Origin: Batkoa obscura
Lineage: Eukaryota
Length of the DNA: 64,000 nt
Assembly (NCBI GenBank): GCA_030770535.1
Contig: JASVEC010000001.1
Span: 1,550,001 to 1,614,000 of the forward strand
Direction of reading: 5' to 3'
Below the pieces are notes generated by a model, which saw nothing but the letters and a program-made list of their open reading frames with translations, did no database searches and was not told the origin of the DNA. Of this stretch, positions 52,520 through 64,000 are shown in pieces. Both the position numbers and the translations under genes were made by a program. Within the stretch, counting starts at the first letter, position 1; every line of letters begins with the position of its first letter.

Positions 52520-53584
52520 ATATATGACAGTGACTCTGAGTGTTTTATAAAGGATTCTTTAAGTTAACAAAATGGCAGGTATTGGATAAAAAGATGTCTT
52601 TTTAACACTAACAAATGCCACCTTTTGCCCTTAACTAAACTATAATAATAACCATTAGCTTAATATAAACAACGCTAAATATGTACTATTTTAGATTTAA
52701 TACTATCCTTAACATCGAGTTTTCATTTGTTAATAACCGCTACTATAAAGATAATCCGCTTAAGAATGGCCATTAGGATTATTGACATCAATTTACGGGT
52801 CATTATTAGGATAGTAAAAAGCAGATTGGAAATTGCACTTATTAAGTTTTAGAGGCTCTTTATTTCTTAAGCTTTCATAATCTTGTTAAGGTACTCAGCA
52901 TTGTAATATTGGTTTTCAGCATTCAGGTTCTTTTAATTTTCAGTGACCCTTTTACCATTAATTACTCAAGTAGCAATAGAATTTAAAACTCTAATATCTT
53001 AATTTTTATAATGTATAAGCATAATTCCTATTTAAAAAAACATATGACATTTTATGAAACTTTCAACAGAAATAACTTTATAATAAGTTGGAGTTTTAAA
53101 ATTTTTAAGGTTTTTAAAGATATATATATAATAATAAAGCATATGAAAGTTCCTAGCATTTTTAATTTTTGAAAAAAAATAGTTGTAATTAACTTGTTAT
53201 TTCCAAATAATTTAGCAAATTTAAGAACTTTAAACTTGAAATTCTAAACATTTGAAATATTATTTCAAATGCTTTAATAATATTAAATATAAATAAACAA
53301 AATAAAAAATAAAAAATAAAAGTAAAAAAAGGTATAAAAAAGTAAAAATAACATAAAAATAACATAAAAAATTAATTGAATAAATAAAAAAAAGTACTTG
53401 AATTTAAATACTTGCTTTTAAAACTATAACACTTTTTTGTTAAGTTTATTATAGAATTTTAGCTAAAGTAGAAATAAAAGTAAATCTTAACTTATTAAAG
53501 TTAGGTTTAAAGTTAAAAAAGTTAAAGTCAAAGTTAGAAATATTTAAATTAAAGTTAAAAATATCAAAATCAAAGTTATAATTA

Positions 53585-53680
53585 GTGGATGTTTTTTCGG
53601 TTTCATTACTTTTTCCACTTTTTTAAGCGCTATTTAGTGGAAGGATTGTTTAAAATTCTTAAACAAAAAAATACATCCCC
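53585..53680 (+). mobile_element. ~100-bp MITE
   Basis: Family match, TSD ATTA. Confidence 0.85.
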
Positions 53681-54047
53681 ATTATAATAATTAAAATTAG
53701 TTTTATTTTAAAAATGTAATTGAAAATTATTTAATACGTTTATATTTTTAAAGCCTGAAATCTAAATTAAACTTTAAACTTAATTATAAATTTAATAAAA
53801 AGATAGTTTTAATAAATTTTATTTTTAGTTTATATAAAAATTTAAAATATTAAAAAAAGTATATATATAAAAGTAAGAATAAAAATAAAAATAAAGCTTT
53901 AAAAAGTAATGATATAGAATTTAATTAAATTTTATAATTTAGTTATAATTTGGTTATAATTTTAAAAAAAATCAAAATAAATAATTTAATATTAGCTTTT
54001 TTATTATTATTAATATTATTAATATTATTAATTATTATATAAAGGTG

Positions 54048-54507
54048 TGTGAAAGTTAGTAATCAGTCGTTGGAGTCAAAAGCAGTTCTTGCTTGATTAA
54101 CTTGCCTTGAGTTGAACGGTCTTAGTTTATATAACTAAGATAGACTTAAATTAGTAAGAATAGTGCGCAATAAGCTACGAACTATGTGAAACAAATATAA
54201 TAGAAGACATCACTGTAAAATCTACGTAAAATAGTACAAGGCTTAGTGGCTTTATTAATAGTACGATATCAGGGAATAATTCAGTTAAAAAGCCTCGAGC
54301 TATCATGTTGAAGAATCTCTTTTATACTCCAACAAGTATGGATATCAAAACGAGAAGATAATATTGTTTGCAATATGAAGTTATAAATTCTCGCAGCAAA
54401 TCAAAATAAGGGACTCTGACTTGATTGTGTTTGAACTTGAGAACACAGCAACTTAAGTGATTGTTGCGTTATAATCAATCCGAGAGCTGATAAAGCAATA
54501 TTTCACA
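54048..54507 (+). mobile_element. Solo LTR-like element, copy 10, inserted into a MITE terminus
   Basis: TSD GGTG, which is part of the MITE TIR. Confidence 0.9.
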
Positions 54508-54603
54508 GGTGTTTTTTTTGGTTTCATCGTTTTTTCCATCTTTTAAGCGCTATTTGAGTGGAAAATTTGGTAGTAAAATTCTTAAACACAAAAATACCTC
54601 CCC
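54508..54603 (+). mobile_element. MITE body (left tip at 54041-54047, split off by LTR copy 10)
   Basis: Family match. Confidence 0.85.
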
Positions 54604-54654
54604 AGATTGTTATTTGAAAAGAAAAAAATTTATATAGTATTAAAATATAAACAT

Positions 54655-54752
54655 AAATATATATTTTTGTATTTAAGAATCTTACTACCAAATTTTCCAC
54701 TCAAATAGCGTTTAAAAGATAGAAAAAGTGATAAAGCTAAAAGAAACACTTT
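54655..54752 (-). mobile_element. Degenerate MITE, inverted partner of 54508-54603
   Basis: Family core intact, G/C-rich ends eroded to A/T. Confidence 0.75.
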
Positions 54753-55763
54753 TATAAATTATTGTAACTTTTAATTTAATAATTTTTTTTACTTTCTGTT
54801 TTATTTATTTTAATATAAAAAAGCTTAATAATTATTTAACTGGTAAATATACTAGTTTTTTAATCTAGAATTTATTTGATATTTTTTTAATCAAAAAAAT
54901 AAAATATTATATTTTTATTATCAGTATTTTATTTACTATTATTAAGCTGTCTATTATATTAAACATAATTTTAAAAAAACTTCTAACATAATATGCTATT
55001 AAATTACATCAAATTTTATTCGTTAATTTAAAAAGTTTAAAATATTATACTTAGTTTTATTTTATTAACTAGTAAATTTAATACTTATAATATCATCTGG
55101 TTAATATTTAATATTTTGATTGTTTTTATAAAGATTGCTTTATATTAAAAGTCAAAATAATAAGCCAGTCTATAATTTAACTGATTTTTTTTAAATCTGA
55201 ATTTATCTAATAAACATTAATAAAACAATTGATAAAACTTTAATAATTTTTAATATCTTTATTTTTTTTAATAAATTTCAAATTTCTTGCAATTAATAAA
55301 GCATATAAATGTATAAGCTTTTAAGGTTTTTAATTATATATTTATAAACACATTCCACTATCATTCTATTTACTCATTACAAAATAATGATAGTAAAGGT
55401 ATGTGTTTAAAAATAATACTATAAAATAATAATAATAATTAATTATAGATATGATAAAGTATATTGAAAAAAGAGACTATTACTAAAAAACTTTAAAAAT
55501 AGGCTTCATCCAACTTATTTTATTTCATTTCTCTAAAAAAAATTTAATTTATTACCCATAAATTTCACTATGCTGAGATTTTCAAAAAAGGCCTCATTTA
55601 TAAAAGCCCAACATTAATACTAGATAAAAGATAGTAATAATCTATTTTTAATAATAACAAGGAACAATGCTTTCTGTTTAACTAAAATCAAAAAGAATTG
55701 CTAGTTTAATTACAGCTATGATTTTAATATAAATTATTTTACTTATTAGTATACCTTTGAAGT

Positions 55764-56183
55764 TGTGAAAGTTGATACTCAGTGGTCGGAGTTAAAAGCT
55801 ACTCTTGCTTAATTAACTTGCCTTGAGTCGAACGGTCTTAGTTTATATAACTAAGATAGACTTAATACTATAAAATCTATGTAAGATATCGTCAGAAAGA
55901 CTTAGTGACTTTATTAATGATACGTTATCAGGGAGTAATCCAATCAAAAAGCCTCGAGCTAGTATGTTGAAGAATCTCTTTTATACTCCAACTGGGTGGG
56001 TATATATAAGGAACATTATAACAGTTATTCCTTATTATAGTTGGCAAGTATGGACATTAAAACGTGGGCAATAAGTTCTTCGTGATCAGGTGGTAGCAAT
56101 TCTCACAACAAATCTATATAAGGAACTCTGAATTGATTATCATATTATAATCAATCCTAGAGCTAATGAACCGATATTTTACA
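55764..56183 (+). mobile_element. Solo LTR-like element, copy 11
   Basis: TSD AAGT. Confidence 0.9.
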
Positions 56184-56234
56184 AAGTCCATCTTTTAAAA
56201 AAAATCAATAGCTTTTGACGTAAAGATGATTGAC

Positions 56235-56670
56235 TTAAAGTAGGCCACTTAAATAATTAGGTTCAATTTGAGAGTGACTATTGGATAATAAGAAGCTAAA
56301 TTGATTATCACACTTATTAAACTTTGAGAACTCACCATTTTTTCTAGCTTTTACAGTCTTACTGAAATCTGCAACAGCATAACGTTGGCCTTTGGTATTT
56401 GGATTCGTTTGTTTTTCATAGAACCTTTTATTGCTAATCACTCAAGTCCCGATGGCTTTAGTATACTTATAGCTTGAGTTTCCATAATACTCTCTTCTAT
56501 AATTAGCACATAGCTTACCATAAAGGCTTTTAGTGGAATTTGAGGTAATATGTATATTAAGTTTTGTAAATTTTGGCTTAATTTTAGCATCAGTGCTAGA
56601 ATTAGGATAAGGTAAGGTAGAGTTTGCCAAAGCAGTAATTAAAGTAGTGATAGTAAAAGATCTCTATGTT
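56235..56670 (-). pseudogene. Probable pseudogene of a small secreted protein
   Basis: Two same-frame ORFs separated by one TGA; upstream signal-peptide-like RSFTITTLITALANSTL lacks an intact ATG; solo LTR just downstream. Confidence 0.4.
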
Positions 56671-57158
56671 ACTCAAGGGCTTTATTTTTTTACTTTTATA
56701 GTCAGGATGTTCTTCTATTTAATAAATGAAATAATGATTTTAAAATCATTGCTCTATTTAACATTATTCCAGAATTTAGCTAGTTGTCAAACAGATGTAA
56801 CTTTGACATATTAAATAATCTAATAATTTACAGTTTAATAAGATGTTATGATCTATAAGTCATTACTGTATCCAATGTAGATTATGGTGATAATAACCAA
56901 ATAAATTGAACATTACAAAGGTAACTACCAGATTTAAATTAAAAGCTAAAAATAAAACATAATATTAAGTAGTCTAGAAGTACGATAAGTGGTATATCTA
57001 CTACACTTTTAAGACACATTATGGCTAAAAAATAAAAATATAGCTGAAACTTAAAAAGATGAGCCTTAACTTAGTACGTTTAAAAAAAATCTTAGTCCCA
57101 ATAAGGCCAAGTGTGTTTTTATTAAATAAAAAAGTGAATTGGGGGAGTTTTAACAAAT

Positions 57159-57258
57159 GAGGATGTTTTTTTTGGTTCCATCACTTTTTCCATTTTTTTA
57201 AGCGCTATTTGAGCGGAAAGGTTATTAGTAAAATTCTTAAATAAAAAAATACATCCCC
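57159..57258 (+). mobile_element. ~100-bp MITE
   Basis: Family match, TSD AAAT. Confidence 0.85.
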
Positions 57259-59010
57259 AAATCAAGTAAGCATTAATGCCGTGGTTTGACATATTGACGA
57301 GAAATAGACATTTTTAAAAGGGCATTATTAGAGTATCTAATTAGCGAAAGTAGCAATATATTAAATGACATTATATATATCAATAATTTTAAAGAGCAAT
57401 ATCTTAATAATGATAGTAATGAGTTCCAGCTCTTGTTCAAAGATACACTAATTTTATTCTTTTAAAAAACTTAGGTAAGTAATAATTCAACCATTAGTTT
57501 TAGTCGCTATTATTGAAATTATTGAAATGAAATTACGGTCTAATGATATCTTAAATTCCTTGAATAAATGATTATAAAAAAATACATAACTAACAAGATG
57601 CAATTAAATTTTAGCAACACTTAATCCAAATAAGCTAGCATTGTTCCACTGTTTAGGCATACTATTAATTTATTTTAATAAAAAATCAACAAAAGTTCTA
57701 AATTTTTACGATTTCTCCCAGAATAAAATATAAATACAATGCTTGCCAGCAAAGCTTTTTAAGTTGTGTATAAGATTATGTAAATGTTCACTAGATTTTA
57801 ATTCAAGGTAATCTAAACTTAGTGAGATTACATCAAAAGTTTCCTTGTAGTCGTAAAAAAAGATTGATAATTGTTAAACCATTTTTAAGGTAATACGGGT
57901 AGTATATGATTTACTTTGTAAACAAGATTAAGGGTATTTGATACTATAATTTAAAGTTAAAGTTTCACTTTAAAAGTCAAAGAGAGATATACATCAGGTA
58001 CATTATAAAGTATGCCAAATATCTTTCTAGTATTCCGCTTAAAGTGGTGGTTACTTAAAAAAAGGTGAATTTTTTTTAATTAAACCTTAGTTTTAAATGG
58101 ACTTTTATTGAGGGTTTGTTAATTCAAACATTGTACTTTTTATAAAATATAAAATATAAAACATCAAAATTAGTATTAATTTTTAAAAATATATAAAGTG
58201 ATTACATAGTTTGATAAAAATCGGCTGTTTTTTGTTTACAGCAATATACTCATTGTATAATAGGTCAAAAGCAGTGATAAAGTGATGATTGTTGACAAAA
58301 TTATTGATGTATTGATTATAAAGTCTAGATTTATGATTATGTAATTAAAAATATCCTCAAAATTCAAAATTAATTACAAAAATTAATATAGAACCAACAT
58401 AAAAATCTAGATTTTAATATTACAATACTTTTTAATGATAAACTCTTCCACTTCTTAACGATTAAATAGAGTAGTATTTGAATTTTCATAGATGAGATCA
58501 TATTAAAAAACAAGCAGATGCGTTTAGTTTAACATGACTTAACTAAGTAATTTTATACTTTATTTAACTAAATCTTTTTCAAAAAAAATTATATCATCTT
58601 GCATATTTTAATATTCCAAATATTTTACAATCTTTTGCTTTAATATTAAATAAAATTGATGAAATAATAATATCATTGCAACGTGATTTTAACTAACAAA
58701 GGTCAAATGGAATTTGTGAAAAAATATATAAATCTACTTGTTTGCTACCCTCAACGATTTAGGGTAATGAAACCAAGCATTATAGAAATTTATTAAAAAT
58801 TTTGGAACTTAAAAAAAGACGGCTAAAAAGGATATTATAATACTAACTAACAAATTCATTCATTTAGCTAAATAAAAATAGAACATTTATTTGAAATTCA
58901 ATTTATAATTTATTCAATACTACCTTTTTTTTTCTCCACTTTTAAATAAACTCAATCTAGACTCTCCCTTTTCTAAAATCAACATTGAGATTTATAACCG
59001 ATCCGAGTAT

Positions 59011-59024
59011 AAAAGTATATAAGA
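59011..59024 (+). promoter_or_regulatory. TATA box of HD-G
   Basis: AAAAGTATATAAGA, identical to the HD-A element, about 145 bp upstream of ATG. Confidence 0.45.
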
Positions 59025-59168
59025 ACAATTTAAGTAAATAAAAAAAGTTATTGAATATTATTTTATATTGAAAATTTAATTTTTGTTTCTTTATTTATTT
59101 ACATAATTAATTTAACTAATAATATCCCATTTAACAAAGCTGGTATTTGTATATTATACAATTTAAAT

Positions 59169-59753
59169 ATGGAATCACAATACAGTTTTATACCCGTCAA
59201 TAATACATTCAATAATACTACCATTACCCCTAATAGTAGTGTAACGAATACTACTGATGTAAGTGAGTATAGATTTATAGATGAAAACAATATGAATCGA
59301 TTTCCAAAATATAGTTATTCCGTACCCAATGTGAATGTCAAATTAGAAGTACCAATTCGAAGGAAACAAATTAATATACGTTTACCTTCTTTAAAAGATT
59401 TAAATTTAATACCTATTGCATATAAAGAAGTCGAAGTAAGTGCGAATGATCATTTGACTAGTCCAATACAAACTCAAAGTGAACCTAACTTACATGAATC
59501 AAATCCAAAATTTATAATTATTCATGAAAATCAACATGATAGTCCACTACCTAATCAAAGATGGAAAGTTACTAAAGAACAGGCTAAATTATTAAATTCA
59601 ATATTAAAAAGAAATTATTATCCTAATACACAATTAAGAAATAAATTAGCTAAAGAATTAGCTTTGTCTCCAAGGACAATTCAAATTTGGTTTCAAAATA
59701 AACGACAAGCTTATAAGTATAAGTTTGGTACTAATCCTCCACATTCCAATTAA
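59169..59753 (+). CDS. Homeodomain transcription factor HD-G (194 aa, intronless)
   Basis: QRWKVTKEQAKLLNSIL..YPNTQLRNKLAKELALSPRTIQIWFQNKRQA; LPSLKDL motif. Confidence 0.95.
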   Translation: MESQYSFIPVNNTFNNTTITPNSSVTNTTDVSEYRFIDENNMNRFPKYSYSVPNVNVKLEVPIRRKQINIRLPSLKDLNLIPIAYKEVEVSANDHLTSPIQTQSEPNLHESNPKFIIIHENQHDSPLPNQRWKVTKEQAKLLNSILKRNYYPNTQLRNKLAKELALSPRTIQIWFQNKRQAYKYKFGTNPPHSN

Positions 59754-61342
59754 TTGAATCATATTTAATCTTCCTTGCTCCTTTTTTTACTTTTTCTTGT
59801 GCTCCGTTTGAGTTTTTATTTATTTTAGGTTTTTTAATTAATCTTCTATTTTTATTTATTTATTTCAATTAATAAACCCTCCTTTTAATCTTATTAAGTT
59901 GTACTTTTAATTTATTTAATAATCTAAATTCCCTTATAACTCAAATAAAGTTTGATTTTATGTATATAAATATTATAATTAGATAGATTACATTAAAATA
60001 GAACTTATCTATTTATCAAATAAATGCTAGATTAAGGGAGGAGTTTAAAAAAATACCCCAATAAAACTAAATTGAGGTAACTAAAATCAAGTATCCAATA
60101 ATATTTGTCAAACTAAGGACTCTTGTAAGGATATTTAATTAGCTAATTTGAGGTTTTGTAGTCAAATTTTAATATATTTTTTTAGGATATTTGTAATGAA
60201 CTATTTTTAACTAGATGAATTTGAATGCTACGTTAAAATTTGAAATATGTTAACTTTCAGTTTGAATGCAGGTTTCAACTAAATAAAAAAATCAAATAAA
60301 ATAATTATAGAATTCGGTTTCTAGGTTTTAATTTTTTAGTTTTTAAATACTTTAAAGTTTTAATTAATTTTATTAGATTTATTTAATATTAAAAAGCATA
60401 TATTTAATTACTAATGTTTTTCTCGATACACTTTTTTTATAACTAAATTAAAAGTCGGAAAATGATTATATCTTGGGTTGATTTCAACCCAATATTGTAA
60501 TCTATTTGGTTTTATATAAAAAATGCTTTAAGGTAATAATTAACATATTGATAAGAATTAATTAAAATTGAAATCTTTGGAGTTAATACTTTAATATTAT
60601 TATCTCTTATTCAAATGAGTTAATTTTTTTCTGTTTTTAATACAAATTAATCACTTTAGTATTAAAAGTAAGCTATATTTGCGTATAATTTAAATAATAA
60701 TCAAATTAAAAATTGCTAATATTATTATACTATTTACATAAGATAAAAAATAATCTAAGCTTTTATATAATCATCTTTATTAATACACATTTAAAAACCA
60801 TTTTTAATGCGATATTTAATTAAATATTAAATAAAGAATGTTGGATTCTATAAGAAAATGCATTATAGTTGCTAAATCATTATATAATCATTTTTAAATT
60901 AATTCTTTATCTCAAATGCATTATAATATAATGCTAACATTACTATTATTATAAGCAATCCGACTAGTATAAATATGCTAAAAAACCATTGTCAAATAAA
61001 TAACTTTTATTTATATTCGAGTATAACATTGTTTTATGTTTAAGTCCCTTGCTAAGAAAATAAAATTAAAAGACTAAAGGATGGTATTGAGGCTACCCAA
61101 TTTGAACTAGAATCTTATAAGTTGAAATTTAAGCAAAGTAAATCAACTTTTCAACAAAAACAGATTTAATTTATTCAAAACAAAATCCATTTATTTGAAA
61201 CAATTGCAAATAAAACTTCCAAATGAAGCAACTGCGATTAAAGTGAATTTATCTTTTAATTAAATTTGATAATAGAAGATAAAGTATAGAATAAACCAAA
61301 CCTAGTCCAATACCCCAACAGCCCAACAGCCCAACAAAAAAA

Positions 61343-62966
61343 ATGCGTTTTACTCCAATAACCTTCAACACACTCGTCAACCCCTTACGCTACAATCCAG
61401 GTACTCGAAGTATTAACTGGTTTCCAGGACATATGGCCAAAGGTATTCGAGAGATTGAAACCCGACTTAAGCAAATTGATGTTATTCTTGAAATACGAGA
61501 CTGTCGAATACCATTAAGTTCTATTAACCCTAGATTTGAACAGATGATCAAAAATGAAAGGATGAGGAATAGGGATGGTAGCAATGATATTCAAAGAGTG
61601 ATTGTGTATAATAAAAGGGATTTGATAGAGGATAAAGAAGTTAAGGTAAATTAATAGGTTTATTATTAATTTTTTGAGTAGTAGCTAATACAATGATTTT
61701 AGTTGATTAAATATGGATTCAAAAAATATACTTCTGATAAATTATTATTTACTGATAAAAATGAAAATCAAACAGTAGAAAGATTATTAAATGTTATTAA
61801 AGGTAAACATACAAATTTTATAATATAATAAGAATAACAATAATCTTAAAAGGTGACATCAAAAACCAACCTTTACGTTATCCATTTCTTAATGTTATGG
61901 TAGTGGGTATGCCTAATGTTGGTAAATCAAGTATTATTAATTCATTAAGAAGAGTAGGGGTTAATAAAGGTAATTGGATTAAAAAGAATCTATAGAAATC
62001 TTTATGAAAATTGATAAAATAATCAGGTAAAGCTTTAACGACTGGCGGACAACCAGGAATTACTAGAAATATTTCTTCTTCTATTAAAGTAGCTGATAAT
62101 CCAGCTATTTATTTATATGATACTCCAGGTAAGTTTGAAATATTATTATATAATTTATTTGAATTGAATTTATATTTATGTTCTTAATTAGGTGTTATGA
62201 TACCTCATATACCGGATCCATTAATATCTTTAAAAGTAGCATTATCAGGTAATATTAACTATTAAAATAAATTGTAATTATGTGTTAATAGTATTAATAT
62301 TATATTCTAGGTGGTATTCATGATCATTTGGCGGATGAAATTATATTAAGTGATTATTTATTATGGGAACTAAATCAACGTAATGAAAGAAATTACCATC
62401 AATTGTATTTAAAAAATAACGACAATAATATAGAAAATAACGATAATAATAATATAAATAATATAGATGATATCAATGAATTATTAACTAAAATAGCACA
62501 TAAAGCAGGTATATTAAATAAAGGAGGAGTAGTTAATTTAAATGAAGCAGCAAAATATTTTTTAAAAAGATATCGATTAGGTAAATTAGGTAAATTTGTA
62601 TTAGATGATATTACAGAATTAGGATTTCAACATTATTTTAATTATTTAAATGCAGTTAATGATATGAATTTTAAAAATAAAAAAATTCATGTGATTAATA
62701 AAAAGGATTTAAGTAATAGTAATAATTATGAAAATGAGAGTGTTGTTGATAGTAGTAGGGGTAATGAAAAGAATATGAGGGATAATAATAAGGATAAATT
62801 AAAGAATAAAGAGAATATGGATATAAATAATACAAATAATATATACAATATTAATCCTAATTATCAAATAATACCATCTAAACAGTTAAAATTAAAAATG
62901 AAAAAACAAATAAGATTAGATAAAATTAATAAGAAAAAAGCAATGATGCCAGGATTAAAATTTTAA
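61343..62966 (+). CDS. MTG1: Mitochondrial ribosome-assembly GTPase (RbgA/YlqF family), 6 exons
   Basis: WFPGHMAK, EIRDCRIPLSSINP, circularly permuted NKRD / GMPNVGKS / PGITR / DTPG; exons 61343-61645, 61703-61802, 61853-61969, 62027-62128, 62192-62248, 62311-62966. Confidence 0.95.
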
Positions 62967-64000
62967 TTAAGATAAATCAAATTTACTCAAAATAGAATCC
63001 CTTGTATAGAAATATACTTCATTTAATGAATTACCTTTCATAGATAATATAGGATCTAAATCATCAATTAAAATTTCGGAATTATAATGGAGTTTTAAGG
63101 TATTGTTGATAGAAGTGGAATTCAATTCAAATTGTGAAACTGTACCATCATCTAAAATAGAATAAAAATAGAATATAAATTAATAAATTATATAAATAAA
63201 AAGTAAAAATAAGTAAATAAATAATTATATTTAATTTAAACTTACCAAAACTTAATAATAATTGATTATTTATAATTAATGATTGTATTAAACTTTTTAA
63301 TTTATTAAATTGAATTTTATATAGTTCAATTAATTCCAAATTTGATAAATTAATTTGTATTAATTCAATAACTCCATCAATATTACTTTTAATTATATAA
63401 TATTGATTATTATAAAGTATTAATTGACTATTTTCTATTTTATTATTAAATTCAATCTTTTTAATTATATTTTTATCTTCTAAACTAATAAAATTAATTT
63501 CTTTAATTGTAATAACAACCAGTATTTTATCTAATAATCCAAATTCTTCTAAATTGTTATTATCTCCTTCAATTCCCCTCTTTCCATCCAACTTGACCGT
63601 TCCCACACTTAAAATCTCATCCTTCAACTTCCAATCAAACAACACTTTTTCTAAAGCAACATTCCATAATGATACCATTCTATCTTTTCCAACAGTAATA
63701 ATATTTCTTCCCTTTTCAATAATATTTAAATCAAATACTCTTTGTGAATGTGCTTTTAAACTTCTAGCAATATAATCTTTTTCTTGTAATGATATAACTT
63801 TACTAGTTAAATCATCAGAACCAGTTAAGATCACTTGATCACTTGGAAAATGTAATACTTTATAAATCGTACCAAAATGAGCTGTAATAGATTGAACACA
63901 AGTTAAATCAAAGGTAGAGTATTCGACAAGGTAACCATCGGCAGCAGCAAGGATTAATTTTGATGAATTTGAACTTAATGACATGGATTTATGGCCCTAA
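62967..64000 (-). CDS. RPN14: WD40 proteasome chaperone Rpn14/PAAF1, 3' part (5' exons beyond window)
   Basis: FPSDQVILTGSDDL..LKAH..VFDLNIIEKGRNIITVGKD..LWN resembles PAAF1; intron 63245-63152; last exon 63151-62967 ends DLDPILSM..YTRDSILSKFDLS*. Confidence 0.8.

Noticed and set aside
44630..56183. One large retroelement that captured HD-F between LTR copies 8 and 11
   Set aside because: The copies share a subtype and orientation, but each has its own TSD (ATTT; AAGT), so they are independent insertions
792..57258. 100-bp repeat as tRNA-derived SINE, ncRNA or CRISPR repeat
   Set aside because: Has TIRs and TSDs, no A/B boxes or cloverleaf, dispersed in both orientations without regular spacers
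2672..59753. Basidiomycete-style HD1/HD2 mating-type locus
   Set aside because: No TALE/HD1-type partner, no closely spaced divergent pairs, proteins lack long N-terminal dimerisation regions, and no pheromone/receptor or HMG gene is present; a mating role cannot be fully excluded
2672..59753. True Hox/ANTP orthology or animal contamination
   Set aside because: No YPWM hexapeptide or ELEKEF/KIWFQNRRMK signature; neighbours include a fungal Zn2Cys6 factor and a Crh-like GH16
61313..61337. CCCAACAG x3 before the MTG1 start
   Set aside because: Short simple repeat with no further support
63148..63245. Hydrophobic C-terminal tail of the 278-aa WD40 ORF
   Set aside because: Read-through into intron 63245-63152; the real C-terminus is in the next exon

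Overview
Very AT-rich eukaryotic DNA from a fungus. A Zn2Cys6 factor is present and introns are short (about 43-92 nt, GT..AG). An early-diverging lineage such as Entomophthoromycotina is a guess only. The main feature is a cluster of seven small, intronless, non-TALE homeobox genes over about 57 kb (HD-A to HD-G). All share the recognition helix QIWFQN[KRQ]R, and each carries a short candidate co-repressor motif (LPS[IVL]x[DE]L in five, an eh1/MATalpha2-like S[LI]NF[IM]LN in two). Between them lie a GH16 Crh-like enzyme, a divergent cyclin, an orphan 4-exon gene, a Zn2Cys6 factor, RTC5/MEAK7 and a DUF4203-like membrane protein. MTG1 and RPN14/PAAF1 close the window with directly abutting stop codons. 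Intergenic DNA holds 11 solo-LTR-like copies (TGT..ACA, 4-bp TSD; three head-to-head pairs appear homogenised), about 22 copies of a 100-bp MITE, one 500-bp foldback element, and AT-eroded tracts suggesting C-to-T hypermutation. All assignments were made by eye, with no database searches.
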